This document shows, in pieces, positions 47,422 through 56,156 of a stretch of DNA of 63,166 nt (position 1 is the first letter of the stretch; each line of letters begins with the position of its first letter). A model generated the notes under the pieces. That model saw nothing but the letters and a program-made list of their open reading frames with translations. It made no database searches and was not told the DNA's origin. A program made the position numbers and the translations under genes. The stretch lies in the NCBI GenBank assembly GCA_013154235.1, contig JAADCV010000100.1, positions 1 to 63,166 on the forward strand. The letters run 5' to 3'. The DNA comes from Thermoproteota archaeon. GTDB taxonomy: Archaea; Thermoproteota; Thermoprotei_A; Sulfolobales; Ignisphaeraceae.

Positions 47422-48300
47422 ATGCGTGCTCTTTTCGTCGGGAACTTAACTATCGATGTTCTAGATAATAGGGTTCGTGTGGGAGGATCTGGATTCTATG
47501 GTGGTGTAGCACTATCGGAGTACCTAGGTGTTGAGACGTACGTGCTTTCTTCGGCTAGCGAGAAGTATGGACCTCTTTTTCGAAGTGTTCTATCGACTTA
47601 CGGGATTAAGCTTCTCGAGGTGAAGTGCCACTCTGTCGCCACCTTTAGGATAAGCGGTAGGAAAATGTGGATCCTCGATAGTGGGTGTTGCATACCTAAG
47701 TCTAGCATCGATACATCGATATCGGTAGTGCGTCCCGATATACTCTTGCTGACTCCAGTATTCAAAGAACTTGCGATTAGCGACTCTCTAGAGGTGTTAA
47801 GCTCCTTTAACGGGGTTAAAGCTGTTGATCTGCAGGGCTTCGTTAGAGAGAGACTTGACTCGCGCTTAGCTTGCGTTTGGAGGGAGCAACTCAAGGATGT
47901 TGTTATGAACTCGACGGTTGTTCATGGAAACATAAAGGAGTTTTGTATAGGGGCAGACGCCGCTGATGTCATGCGGTGGCTTAGGGATTATAGTAAAAGA
48001 TGCTCCGCATTAATACTGGCTAGCCTCGATGAAAAAGGGTGCTACGCAGCATATCGCGGAAGGGTATACCTCGTACCAGCCCCACCAACATCAGCTATCG
48101 ATGATGTGGGTGCGGGGGATATACTGACCGCCGTAGCTGCATACTACCTAGCTCAAGGAGTAACCCCGCTAGAGGCTGCATGCCGCGGGGTTGCAGCAGC
48201 ATCGTTAAAGGTGGAGAACCCCTATAGCGCATGGTTCGATAGAGAGTCCATAGACACTGTATCAAAATCCTTGCTGCATCTAATTAAAGAAATCGTCTAG
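47422..48300 (+). CDS. PfkB-family carbohydrate kinase
   Basis: VGNLTID, GGSG, DLQGFVR, DDVGAGD; ATG 47422 after GAGGT. Confidence 0.88.
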   Translation: MRALFVGNLTIDVLDNRVRVGGSGFYGGVALSEYLGVETYVLSSASEKYGPLFRSVLSTYGIKLLEVKCHSVATFRISGRKMWILDSGCCIPKSSIDTSISVVRPDILLLTPVFKELAISDSLEVLSSFNGVKAVDLQGFVRERLDSRLACVWREQLKDVVMNSTVVHGNIKEFCIGADAADVMRWLRDYSKRCSALILASLDEKGCYAAYRGRVYLVPAPPTSAIDDVGAGDILTAVAAYYLAQGVTPLEAACRGVAAASLKVENPYSAWFDRESIDTVSKSLLHLIKEIV

Positions 48301-48358
48301 ATGATGACTTCAGCCTACGCTGACGAAGCTACGTGATGAGTACGACGGGGGCTGAGTC
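48298..48358 (+). ncRNA. Box C/D guide sRNA
   Basis: ATGATGA(48301)-CTTCAGCCTACG-CTGA(48320)-CGAAGCTAC-GTGATGA(48333)-GTACGACGGGGG-CTGA(48352); four consensus boxes, 12-nt guides. Confidence 0.88.
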
Positions 48359-48375
48359 ACCGCGTGGGTTTTTCA

Positions 48376-48723
48376 TCATTTATCAGCTCTTAAAACCTCG
48401 ATCATCCCGGCTCTCGCTCTCGCACCCACCTCTACCGCTAAATGTATCGCCTCATATACCTCGCGCCTAAGCCTTCTAGGGATACCAATAATGTTGACTA
48501 CCTCAACTCTAGCTTCCCTAACGCGGTCTACGCAAGCATCGTTAACTGGTAGGACGCAGTTAATCTCTCCAGCTACACCCTTCTTGCTAGCTAAGAACTC
48601 CTTAAGCTCCTCGCAAGAGCTGAATATCTCTACATGCTCGACTCCCAGAACACCACGCAGTAGTACGCCTACGATAAGCTTACATACGTCAACTACTACC
48701 AGGATTCTTCTCTCTAGCTTCAT
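48376..48723 (-). CDS. Hypothetical protein
   Basis: GAGGGAG SD, last gene of the superoperon. Confidence 0.6.
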   Translation of the reverse strand: MKLERRILVVVDVCKLIVGVLLRGVLGVEHVEIFSSCEELKEFLASKKGVAGEINCVLPVNDACVDRVREARVEVVNIIGIPRRLRREVYEAIHLAVEVGARARAGMIEVLRADK

Positions 48724-49012
48724 GCTCCCTCATCGCTGCCTCGAACTCTGTTAGAAATCTGTTCGCTAGCTCTCTAGCCTCACTTAGAACCTCTTCTAAA
48801 ACCTCGATCGGGTGCCTAGTTCCGTCGGTGAGTATCACAACCTCTGGGTCTGACACCAGCGGATGATCTATTATGTAAGCAGCGTAGACAACACCCTTCT
48901 TCCTGATAGCCAGCTTAGCGATGAGATTCGGAAGCGAGTGCTTGTCTGGATCCCTCACGTAGAAGCGCAGCTCGCGATCGCTGCACTTCTTCAACTCTAT
49001 GTCTACGGGCAT
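48689..49012 (-). CDS. rpoL: RNA polymerase subunit Rpo11 (L)
   Basis: HSLPNLI, V.YAAY.IDHPL..DP; ATG 49012 after GGTG. Confidence 0.88.
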   Translation of the reverse strand: MPVDIELKKCSDRELRFYVRDPDKHSLPNLIAKLAIRKKGVVYAAYIIDHPLVSDPEVVILTDGTRHPIEVLEEVLSEARELANRFLTEFEAAMREHEAREKNPGSS

Positions 49013-49069
49013 ATACACACCTAGCACTAGCTCGTAGAGAGACTCAAAAACTCTTTCTCTCAATAGCCT

Positions 49070-49126
49070 GGGTCAGCGAGTGCAAGGATCCTCATCTACT
49101 CGGTGGGCTCAGGCATTCATCACCCT
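49070..49126 (-). ncRNA. Box C/D guide sRNA inside the superoperon
   Basis: Minus strand GTGATGA(49123)-ATGCCTGAGCCCA-CCGA-GTAG-ATGAGGA-TCCTTGCACTCG-CTGA(49076-49073). Confidence 0.82.
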
Positions 49127-49728
49127 TCTTCTGCATACTCTAGAAATCTCCTAATAGCTTCCTCGATACTGACCACAAGCTCTCCATCCTCGTTAAGAAG
49201 CCCGTACTCAAACGCTCTCCTAGCTACCTGGTGAGGCTCTAGCCCCGTAAGGATGCTGCAGGCTGCCGCGAAACGCCTTGTAGTATATGGCAGGGGGAGT
49301 CTTGAAGCCTTCTCTATGGCTTCCCCTAGCTCTCTAGCGTACTGAACTAGCGTATCCATATCGGTGTCAGCATATATCATGTCTCCTTTCACTGTTGCCG
49401 GAATACCGTTCGATCTGAGAACCGCTGCCAGAACGTCTAGAGGTACAGCTCTCTTAGCGAGCTTCGCAAGCTCATCAGCCTTAACGCCATGTTTAGGACT
49501 AGCACGGCTTCTCCTAACTAGGTTAATTATCTCCCTAAGCCTAAGTACGGTTCTCTGAACCTCAGGCTCGAACCCTATGACCCTAAACCTCAGTTTGCCT
49601 CCCCTAACCTCAGCAATAATGGTTGCATGCGAGGAAAGCTCCTCATCGATCCTCTCCAGAAGCTCTGTGCAAAAATCCTGAGAACCGCACTCTATATGGA
49701 CTACCTTCTCTACGATTCCTCTCTTCAA
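49120..49728 (-). CDS. DUF2067-family protein
   Basis: Conserved position between csl4 and rpoL; VPLDVL...L...G pattern. Confidence 0.7.
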   Translation of the reverse strand: MKRGIVEKVVHIECGSQDFCTELLERIDEELSSHATIIAEVRGGKLRFRVIGFEPEVQRTVLRLREIINLVRRSRASPKHGVKADELAKLAKRAVPLDVLAAVLRSNGIPATVKGDMIYADTDMDTLVQYARELGEAIEKASRLPLPYTTRRFAAACSILTGLEPHQVARRAFEYGLLNEDGELVVSIEEAIRRFLEYAEEG

Positions 49729-50309
49729 CTCTTCTTCGAACCCCTCCTAGCGGTAACCATGTAGTCTATAGATATCTTGCGTGTCTCAACGTTTCCACAA
49801 GCACTGCAGATAAGCGTTCCATCTCGCTTAGCTAGCACTGCACCACACCTAGAGCAGTGCGCTAGTATCACACCCATTCTCGGCTCCTTCGTGCTCAGCA
49901 ACAGCGGTACATAGCTATTCACAACTCTAGCCCTAATCAAGTCACCTAGTTTTACTGCATCGTATATGGTCTCAAGGCGCTGATCGGAGATCTGCGATAT
50001 GTGTAGCAAGCCCGTTATGGGGTTCTTGAACGGTGCATAGATATCGAATCCTATCACTTTAACTATAGCTACATCCTCCTTCACAGCAGCGACAATCCCA
50101 ACAACCGCATCGCCCTGCTTAGGTAGCGCGCTCTTGCGGACAAGCGGTTTGACACTGACTCTCCTCGAAGCCATGTCGAACACGGGCTCTCCTATAATCG
50201 CAGCTCTAACAACACCCTTATCGTCAAGGTAGGTTCCTGGCCCCGGCATGAACTCTTCCTCGACGCATAAGGGTTCGCCTGGCATCACTATTCTCTTGCT
50301 CAGCGACAT
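49725..50309 (-). CDS. csl4: Exosome RNA-binding subunit Csl4
   Basis: VMPGE.L..EEF.PG.GTY, S1 domain LHISQ, zinc ribbon CSRCG..CSACG..E.RK. Confidence 0.93.
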   Translation of the reverse strand: MSLSKRIVMPGEPLCVEEEFMPGPGTYLDDKGVVRAAIIGEPVFDMASRRVSVKPLVRKSALPKQGDAVVGIVAAVKEDVAIVKVIGFDIYAPFKNPITGLLHISQISDQRLETIYDAVKLGDLIRARVVNSYVPLLLSTKEPRMGVILAHCSRCGAVLAKRDGTLICSACGNVETRKISIDYMVTARRGSKKS

Positions 50310-50928
50310 GGCTTCGCACCCTCTTCATTACGTATAGCGCTACTCTAAACCTATGAACTTTCCTCCTATGCCTTTCATACATAGCCGGTATAGCTATGTC
50401 TCTAACATCGATAATGCTAGGTTTAAAACCGTGGAGAACAGCCTCGCGGACAATGATTGCGTTGCTCTCCTCGTTAAACTTGTGGATAGTGTACACAGCC
50501 TCCCTAGCAATGCGCAGCGCTACCCTAAGGAACTCTATGTCTGCCCCGCGCCTGACGACGCCAAAGGGAGGATTCATCACGACCGTATCCACGCCCCTAA
50601 GACTGAGGAGCCTAACATCGCTAACAACGAGGTGAATAAAGGCGTTACCCCCAAGGTTCCTCGAGGCCACGTAAACTGCATCGCTATCTATGTCTATGCA
50701 GATCACGTCCCGAGCACCGAGTAGGAAAGCACCATAGCTGAGGATCCCCGTTCCGCAACCTAGGTCGGCTACCGCTCTCCCATAGATATCCCCAAGCATG
50801 TGTGCTGACCAGAGGAGTGCGCTAGCTGTATCTGGATCCGTGGGGTACTGCTCTAGCCTCCGCTTAGGGTTGGCGAAGCCCTGCAAGCGACTCAGCGCCA
50901 TGCTAAGCTCCTTCCGGCTTCTCACCAT
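50224..50928 (-). CDS. METTL5-like RNA methyltransferase (COG2263)
   Basis: LEQYPT, DLGCGTG, MNPPFG, YTIH. Confidence 0.88.
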   Translation of the reverse strand: MVRSRKELSMALSRLQGFANPKRRLEQYPTDPDTASALLWSAHMLGDIYGRAVADLGCGTGILSYGAFLLGARDVICIDIDSDAVYVASRNLGGNAFIHLVVSDVRLLSLRGVDTVVMNPPFGVVRRGADIEFLRVALRIAREAVYTIHKFNEESNAIIVREAVLHGFKPSIIDVRDIAIPAMYERHRRKVHRFRVALYVMKRVRSHVAEQENSDARRTLMRRGRVHAGARNLP

Positions 50929-51893
50929 GGGTACACATACCTATCTATTCTACCCTCTAAAGCCATTAGCGCCTCCCCTGGCGTGAGTACGGGCTTTTCG
51001 TATCTAGAGAGATCATCTATTGCTATCCTAGGGCATGCAGCTACCACAATGCAGTCGTAGCTGCACGGATCGATGTTGCGAATAGTGCTCTCGTCTATGC
51101 TGTACGCTACTGCAACGTGGATGCGCTGCGAACTCGATAGAGCACTTCGTATCCTGTCGATGACGGTGCTGCGGTGCTGGCCGAGAACGCCGTCTATTAC
51201 TAGCCAATGTCTAGCGTTAATGCATTTACTAATCTTCCAGAGCCTCACTCTAAGTATCTTTTCGACTAAGCTGCGCGCACCCTTAACGTTACGTTCGTAG
51301 GGGTCTATGCAGATAACCTTGTTAGCGCTAGTCATAAGCGCTGCTGAGACGCAGTGAAAGTCACCACCAGCAATAACCACTACTCTATCGCAGCTAGCTG
51401 CAGCAGGTGGTGCGTAGCAACCAAGTATCAACCCTACAAATCTTGCACGGGCAAGCCCGCTAGCAACTCTAGACGCCTTGAGATGCTGAGCTGTTGTTAC
51501 CACGCAGCAACTCTCTACATCCCTGCACACCTCCTCAATCCTCTCAGCCAGCCATTCAATGTTAGCGCCTCTCCACTCTAGAGGTATGTACAGCACTGGA
51601 ATGCTTGGGCTGTAGAATGGGTACTCTAGGTGACCGAAGTGCACTAGCGCTTCAGCTCCAACAGCTCTAGCACCAACCTCGTCAACTAGACAAGAACCGT
51701 AGCTAGGGTTCGCGCTAAGGGTAAGTATAACATTTTCGATTTGACTCTCGATCTCGCTATAAATGTAGCTAAAGCATCTCATTAGCGCTGGTGGAAGCTG
51801 TATCAAAACCTTCCTGTATCCTCCGCTCCTTAACCAGTTCACAACTCTATCAATTTCAAAGTCGTACTCTAGGCAAAAACTGGGATACGACAT
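50922..51893 (-). CDS. dph2: Diphthamide biosynthesis protein Dph2
   Basis: YGSC, HFGH, ILGC, GG.FH, ACPRI.IDD, PVLTP.E. Confidence 0.9.
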   Translation of the reverse strand: MSYPSFCLEYDFEIDRVVNWLRSGGYRKVLIQLPPALMRCFSYIYSEIESQIENVILTLSANPSYGSCLVDEVGARAVGAEALVHFGHLEYPFYSPSIPVLYIPLEWRGANIEWLAERIEEVCRDVESCCVVTTAQHLKASRVASGLARARFVGLILGCYAPPAAASCDRVVVIAGGDFHCVSAALMTSANKVICIDPYERNVKGARSLVEKILRVRLWKISKCINARHWLVIDGVLGQHRSTVIDRIRSALSSSQRIHVAVAYSIDESTIRNIDPCSYDCIVVAACPRIAIDDLSRYEKPVLTPGEALMALEGRIDRYVYPW

Positions 51894-51895
51894 TG

Positions 51896-52408
51896 CTAAG
51901 CCTTAACTACCTCACGTATCACTATCCTAGTCTTTATGGGGAGCTTCGACGCAGCTCTTCTCAGAGCTTCCTTAGCGTGGTCAGCAAATCTGCTAAAGGT
52001 CCTAACCTCTATTATCTCAGTGCCGAGATCGACCCTTGCAGCAGTACCTACCGGTTTCCCAAATGCTAGCCTCATGCCTTCCTGAAGCCTATCAGCTCCA
52101 GCGAATGCCATCATCTTGTGCTCTCTCAGCACGTGGTGCGGGTACGTCCTTATTATTAACATGTAGTTCTCGTCCCCTATGTTCGTGCTTAGGTACTTAT
52201 GTGCCATTACTCTAGCCGCTTCAAGCGCGTTATGCCTTATAACTCCTTTCTCAAGAGAGACAAGCACTCCGACGATCTCTGGCTGTATATGTGGGTTACC
52301 CATTACGAACTTCGCTATCTTAGGCGGCGGGACTCCATGTATGTACTCCTTCCTAGTGTATGGAGGCCTATCCTGGTGAGTATAGCATCTAGCTGGCTTC
52401 ATGGGCAC
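51896..52408 (-). CDS. rpl10e: Ribosomal protein uL16 (L10e)
   Basis: [30 protein letters not shown]. Confidence 0.97.
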   Translation of the reverse strand: MPMKPARCYTHQDRPPYTRKEYIHGVPPPKIAKFVMGNPHIQPEIVGVLVSLEKGVIRHNALEAARVMAHKYLSTNIGDENYMLIIRTYPHHVLREHKMMAFAGADRLQEGMRLAFGKPVGTAARVDLGTEIIEVRTFSRFADHAKEALRRAASKLPIKTRIVIREVVKA

Positions 52409-52445
52409 GCCTTGCTCACCCGCTGCGAGGTTGCTGTGCTGAGGT

Positions 52446-53204
52446 CTATAAGCGATTCACATCCTTATCCTTAAGGCACTGCTCTACTATTCTTCCAACT
52501 CTTCTAAGCATCATAGTTACGTAGCCTAGCTCTGCCCTAGTGAGCTTAGATATGCGAAGCATCCTCTTCATAGTCATCGACATGACCTTCTTCTGTCTAT
52601 CGTCGCTAGCGACGAGCTTCGCGAGAAGCTCTATGTATTTATCAGCGATTCTTATCGACTCCTCCGTAGCTATATCGAGGAGGTCTAAGCTAGATCTAGC
52701 TGAAAGCTCTCTGAACATCTCGTACAGGAATATCGCTACAGCATGGCTAAGATTAAGCGTTGGGTACTCCGGGTTTGCAGGTATGTGCGCCAACACGTGG
52801 CATCTAGCTATCTCCTCTCTAGTTAACCCAACGCTTTCACGACCGAACACTAGCGCAACGCTACTATACCTCCTAGCTATAGATGCTGCCTCCCTAACGT
52901 CTAGAGCCTTCCTCAGCACATCCCCTTCCTTACCCACGTGAGCTGAAGTACATACAGATAGAGCGACTCCACTAAGCGCTTCATCAAGAGTGCTAACAAC
53001 TACCACCCTACCGCTATCAAGGTAGTCGCTTCCGTGCGCTGCGAACCTCCTAACCTCCTCGCTGAACGGATCTATGCGGGGAGACACGAGGTAGAGCTCA
53101 TCAACACAGAAGTTCTTGCACAACCTCACTATGAACCCTAGATTCGCTTCACCCTCAGTACCAACAAGTACAACTCTCACCTTAGTTCTATCCACGGTTC
53201 GCAC
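52446..53204 (-). CDS. SPOUT tRNA methyltransferase TrmJ-like
   Basis: [35 protein letters not shown]. Confidence 0.88.
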   Translation of the reverse strand: MRTVDRTKVRVVLVGTEGEANLGFIVRLCKNFCVDELYLVSPRIDPFSEEVRRFAAHGSDYLDSGRVVVVSTLDEALSGVALSVCTSAHVGKEGDVLRKALDVREAASIARRYSSVALVFGRESVGLTREEIARCHVLAHIPANPEYPTLNLSHAVAIFLYEMFRELSARSSLDLLDIATEESIRIADKYIELLAKLVASDDRQKKVMSMTMKRMLRISKLTRAELGYVTMMLRRVGRIVEQCLKDKDVNRL

Positions 53205-53794
53205 CCCCTACCCACTAAACACCCTAACCTCTCAAAGAAGAAGCTCCTTTCCCAAGACAGAACAACCTCCCGGCATGATTTAGCAAGCAAGTTCACTAAC
53301 ACCTCATACCTCTGAAGCGATGATACTATCATCAGAACCGTGCACTCCCTCTTGCAAGACCTAAGCATATTCTTGAGGAACCTAAGAGGGATCTCAATAC
53401 CTTTTGCGCCCCCGGAATCCCATACGAATCCCTCATCACCTTCTATAGGTAGGTACGGAGGGTTGGAAACCGCGACATCGATTGCTCTCGACCTAAGGCA
53501 CTCACCGGAGTCGCACTGAACCACATCCACTAACGCATCAACTCCACACATTCTCGAAGTTTCAGCGCAGCACTGCGCAGCACAAGGAGATACATCTATG
53601 CATACGGAGATAAATCCGCGTTTCGCGAGCAACGCGCAGAGGATTCCGGATCCGCAGCCAATATCCGCTGCTGTAGCTAAGCTGCCACCGCGAGCAAATT
53701 CAGATATCTTCTCTAAAGCTAGAAAGCTATCATCGCTAGGATCATACACAGATCTAGTCAAAGCTATTCTTAGAGCTCCTAGATCCTTCAGCAC
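53177..53794 (-). CDS. HemK2/Mtq2-like methyltransferase
   Basis: VYDPSDDSFL, DIGCGSG, NPPYLP, SSL, FFE; start approximate. Confidence 0.85.
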   Translation of the reverse strand: MLKDLGALRIALTRSVYDPSDDSFLALEKISEFARGGSLATAADIGCGSGILCALLAKRGFISVCIDVSPCAAQCCAETSRMCGVDALVDVVQCDSGECLRSRAIDVAVSNPPYLPIEGDEGFVWDSGGAKGIEIPLRFLKNMLRSCKRECTVLMIVSSLQRYEVLVNLLAKSCREVVLSWERSFFFERLGCLVGRGCEPWIELR

Positions 53795-54609
53795 TCTCCG
53801 TTCTCTGCACAGATACGAGCTATCTCTAGGAACAGCAAGGGGTCTAGATCCCGAACCCTTAGACTCCTCCACCTCTCTTCACCAGATAGGATTCGGTAAG
53901 TGCTTGGGAAGCAGTTCCTAAGCGCTTTAGAAGCAAGCTTATTCCTATAGCTAAATAGGCACCTAGTAACCTTCTCTACGCATGCAGCATGCTCGTCGAA
54001 GTCCCTAATCCTCTCTAGTACGAGGGTAGCTGAAGATACCTCGGGCCTGGGAACGAAGTACTTCGGAGGAATGTAAAGCTCTATTCTAGCACGAAACAAT
54101 AGCTGCATTATGACACTGAGCCTACCAAAGCTATCCGTACCAGGCCTAGCAACCACCCTCTCCGCAACCTCACGCTGGAGAGTAACTACAGCAGCCTTAG
54201 CACCGCTACGCGCTATTGATAGAAGTAGCTCGCTAGATATGTGATAAGGTAGGTTGCCAACCACAACCTCTGCACGACTAGTCCTAATAGCGTCTCTAGC
54301 ATCAGATATTACTGGATTGAATAGCGGAAACTCGCGCGATACCATCTTCAGCAAGGGCACAAACCTATTATCGATCTCTATACCAACGACATCTAGACCC
54401 TCTCTAAGTAGGAAGACAGTTAGCGTTGCTGGTCCACACCCTATCTCGTAAACCCTTCGCGAGATAGGCTCTGCAACACGCTTAGCTAATCGAGCGATGC
54501 TTTGCAGTACCCGACGGTTTACGAGAAACACTTGGCTAAGCTTCTTCCTAGGCCTAATACCGTACAGCTTCAGTAGCCTGAGAAGATCTTTGACGTCCAT
54601 CTTTACCAA
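53788..54609 (-). CDS. ksgA: 16S rRNA adenine dimethyltransferase KsgA/Dim1
   Basis: KKLSQ.FL, EIG.G, IEID, GNLPYHISS, Q.EVAER, F.P.P.V.S. Confidence 0.93.
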   Translation of the reverse strand: MVKMDVKDLLRLLKLYGIRPRKKLSQVFLVNRRVLQSIARLAKRVAEPISRRVYEIGCGPATLTVFLLREGLDVVGIEIDNRFVPLLKMVSREFPLFNPVISDARDAIRTSRAEVVVGNLPYHISSELLLSIARSGAKAAVVTLQREVAERVVARPGTDSFGRLSVIMQLLFRARIELYIPPKYFVPRPEVSSATLVLERIRDFDEHAACVEKVTRCLFSYRNKLASKALRNCFPSTYRILSGEERWRSLRVRDLDPLLFLEIARICAENGEC

Positions 54610-55265
54610 GGGTCTCTGTAACCGACTCTCTCGTAGAGAAACCTTAGATAGTTTAGAAATCTGTGATCAGGGTTTCTGGGGTAGGGCTCCACAAAGAGGT
54701 AATACCTTTCACCTCCTTGCAACTCCTTTATTATTCTATCAACAATGAGCTTCGCCGGATCGTTTATTCGGACCCTCTTCTGTATATCCTCGAAGGACTC
54801 GAACGGCTTTTTCTTTCGCTCAGCTAGGATCTGCATAAGGGTCTTCTTGCCAACTCCCGGGAGCAGCTCTAGACTATGCAGTCTGATGTTGATCGGCTCC
54901 GCAACATTAAAGAACTCCACAAAGACCCGCTCCTTCTCAACGACTATCTTGCGCACTATGCTAGGTAGGTTCTCCCTAGCCACTGTTGTTAGGTCAGCGT
55001 AGGTAATCCTATCGCTAACCCTATGACCCGGGGCATTAGGTGTTGTTGCTATAGGGACCCGCTCCCCTATAGTGGGGACAATGTTTGGGAGAGGCTCTAT
55101 CTCTACGAGCGTAAGCCATTTAGAGCCTATAGCCTGCGCTACGGGCATTCTTCGGTGCTGCGGATGCCTATCTATAGGGTTGCCGTAAGGCATGTAGTCT
55201 AGCACATATGCAAACTCATCGCGGACAAACGGCCCTCTTCTACCCCTTGGACCACCCCGCTTCAA
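54603..55265 (-). CDS. DUF655 RNA-binding protein
   Basis: YVLDY, QAIG, FFN.A.PI..RLH.LELLPG.GKK, PFESFEDI. Confidence 0.9.
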   Translation of the reverse strand: MKRGGPRGRRGPFVRDEFAYVLDYMPYGNPIDRHPQHRRMPVAQAIGSKWLTLVEIEPLPNIVPTIGERVPIATTPNAPGHRVSDRITYADLTTVARENLPSIVRKIVVEKERVFVEFFNVAEPINIRLHSLELLPGVGKKTLMQILAERKKKPFESFEDIQKRVRINDPAKLIVDRIIKELQGGERYYLFVEPYPRNPDHRFLNYLRFLYERVGYRDPW

Positions 55266-55337
55266 TACACATCACTCTGCGGAGCTCTAGAAGGAAGTTC
55301 GTAGGTATCCTATTTAGTGTGTTGCGCTAGGAATCCA

Positions 55338-55694
55338 CTACTCCAAAGTGCAGTACTCCTTAAGCATCTCTATAACTTTCGTCAAAACCTCCTCCTCAGG
55401 GACACTAGCCTCGAATTGTAGAAGCGTCCTGAGCTCATCAACAACTGTCGGAACGATATTTATTATCATGGCCGCGGTAACCTCCTTGAACCCTATATCC
55501 TTTGTGAGCTTCTCAAAGAGCTCCCCAACTCTATCGGGGTCGCATTTCGTGAACGCAGATGCATAATCGTACATAGACTCAACTATCTGCTCTACGCTAA
55601 GCCCGCTCCTCTTTAGAAGTTCTATGTATTCCTCTAAGTACTTCTTAGCGAGCGGAATAGGTATGTCCCTAAACGAGATAGTCTCGTAGCTCAA
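55338..55694 (-). CDS. rpoF: RNA polymerase subunit Rpo4 (F)
   Basis: Downstream of L21e; Y...F.K.D, IINI.P...ELR..L. Confidence 0.88.
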   Translation of the reverse strand: MSYETISFRDIPIPLAKKYLEEYIELLKRSGLSVEQIVESMYDYASAFTKCDPDRVGELFEKLTKDIGFKEVTAAMIINIVPTVVDELRTLLQFEASVPEEEVLTKVIEMLKEYCTLE

Positions 55695-55704
55695 AACGAG
55701 CCCC

Positions 55705-56112
55705 CTAGGCCTTAGCTATCTTAGCGAGAGCCTCCCTAGCAAGCTTCTTCTGCTTATTCTTCTCCTCCATCACCTTTCTAAGGACATTCACAACCTCCTT
55801 AACACGCTCCTCTACAGAGAATGCAGGCCTCATATGCTCGGGAAGAAGGAATAGCGTCTTAGTCTTAGACCCTACTTTTAGCTGAACTATGTAAGCCCTG
55901 CCTCGCCTACCAACAACGGTCCCTACTTTCCCATAGTATCTGCGGTGAGGTAGAGCCTTATGGATAGCTGGATCCGCAATTATGTACACCTTGTCGCCCG
56001 GATGATAATCTATTAGGATCCTGCTGAGCGGAGGTACAGCTCCCTTCTCCCTAACTCTCTTCCTAAATAGCTTCCTTGTTCTGTGCCTAAGTCCTTGAGG
56101 TGCCTTCACCAT
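55705..56112 (-). CDS. rpl21e: Ribosomal protein eL21 with C-terminal extension
   Basis: G.RHRTR.L.RK, GDKV.I..DP, PHRRY.GKVG, PEH. Confidence 0.95.
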   Translation of the reverse strand: MVKAPQGLRHRTRKLFRKRVREKGAVPPLSRILIDYHPGDKVYIIADPAIHKALPHRRYYGKVGTVVGRRGRAYIVQLKVGSKTKTLFLLPEHMRPAFSVEERVKEVVNVLRKVMEEKNKQKKLAREALAKIAKA

Positions 56113-56156
56113 TTTCTAGCACCCGTTGCCGTTGAGCTACTCGCTAGAACCGATTC

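Noticed and set aside
48359..48380. Minus-strand ATGATGA as another C/D sRNA
   Set aside because: No proper D'/C'/D set follows; explained by tandem TGA stops.
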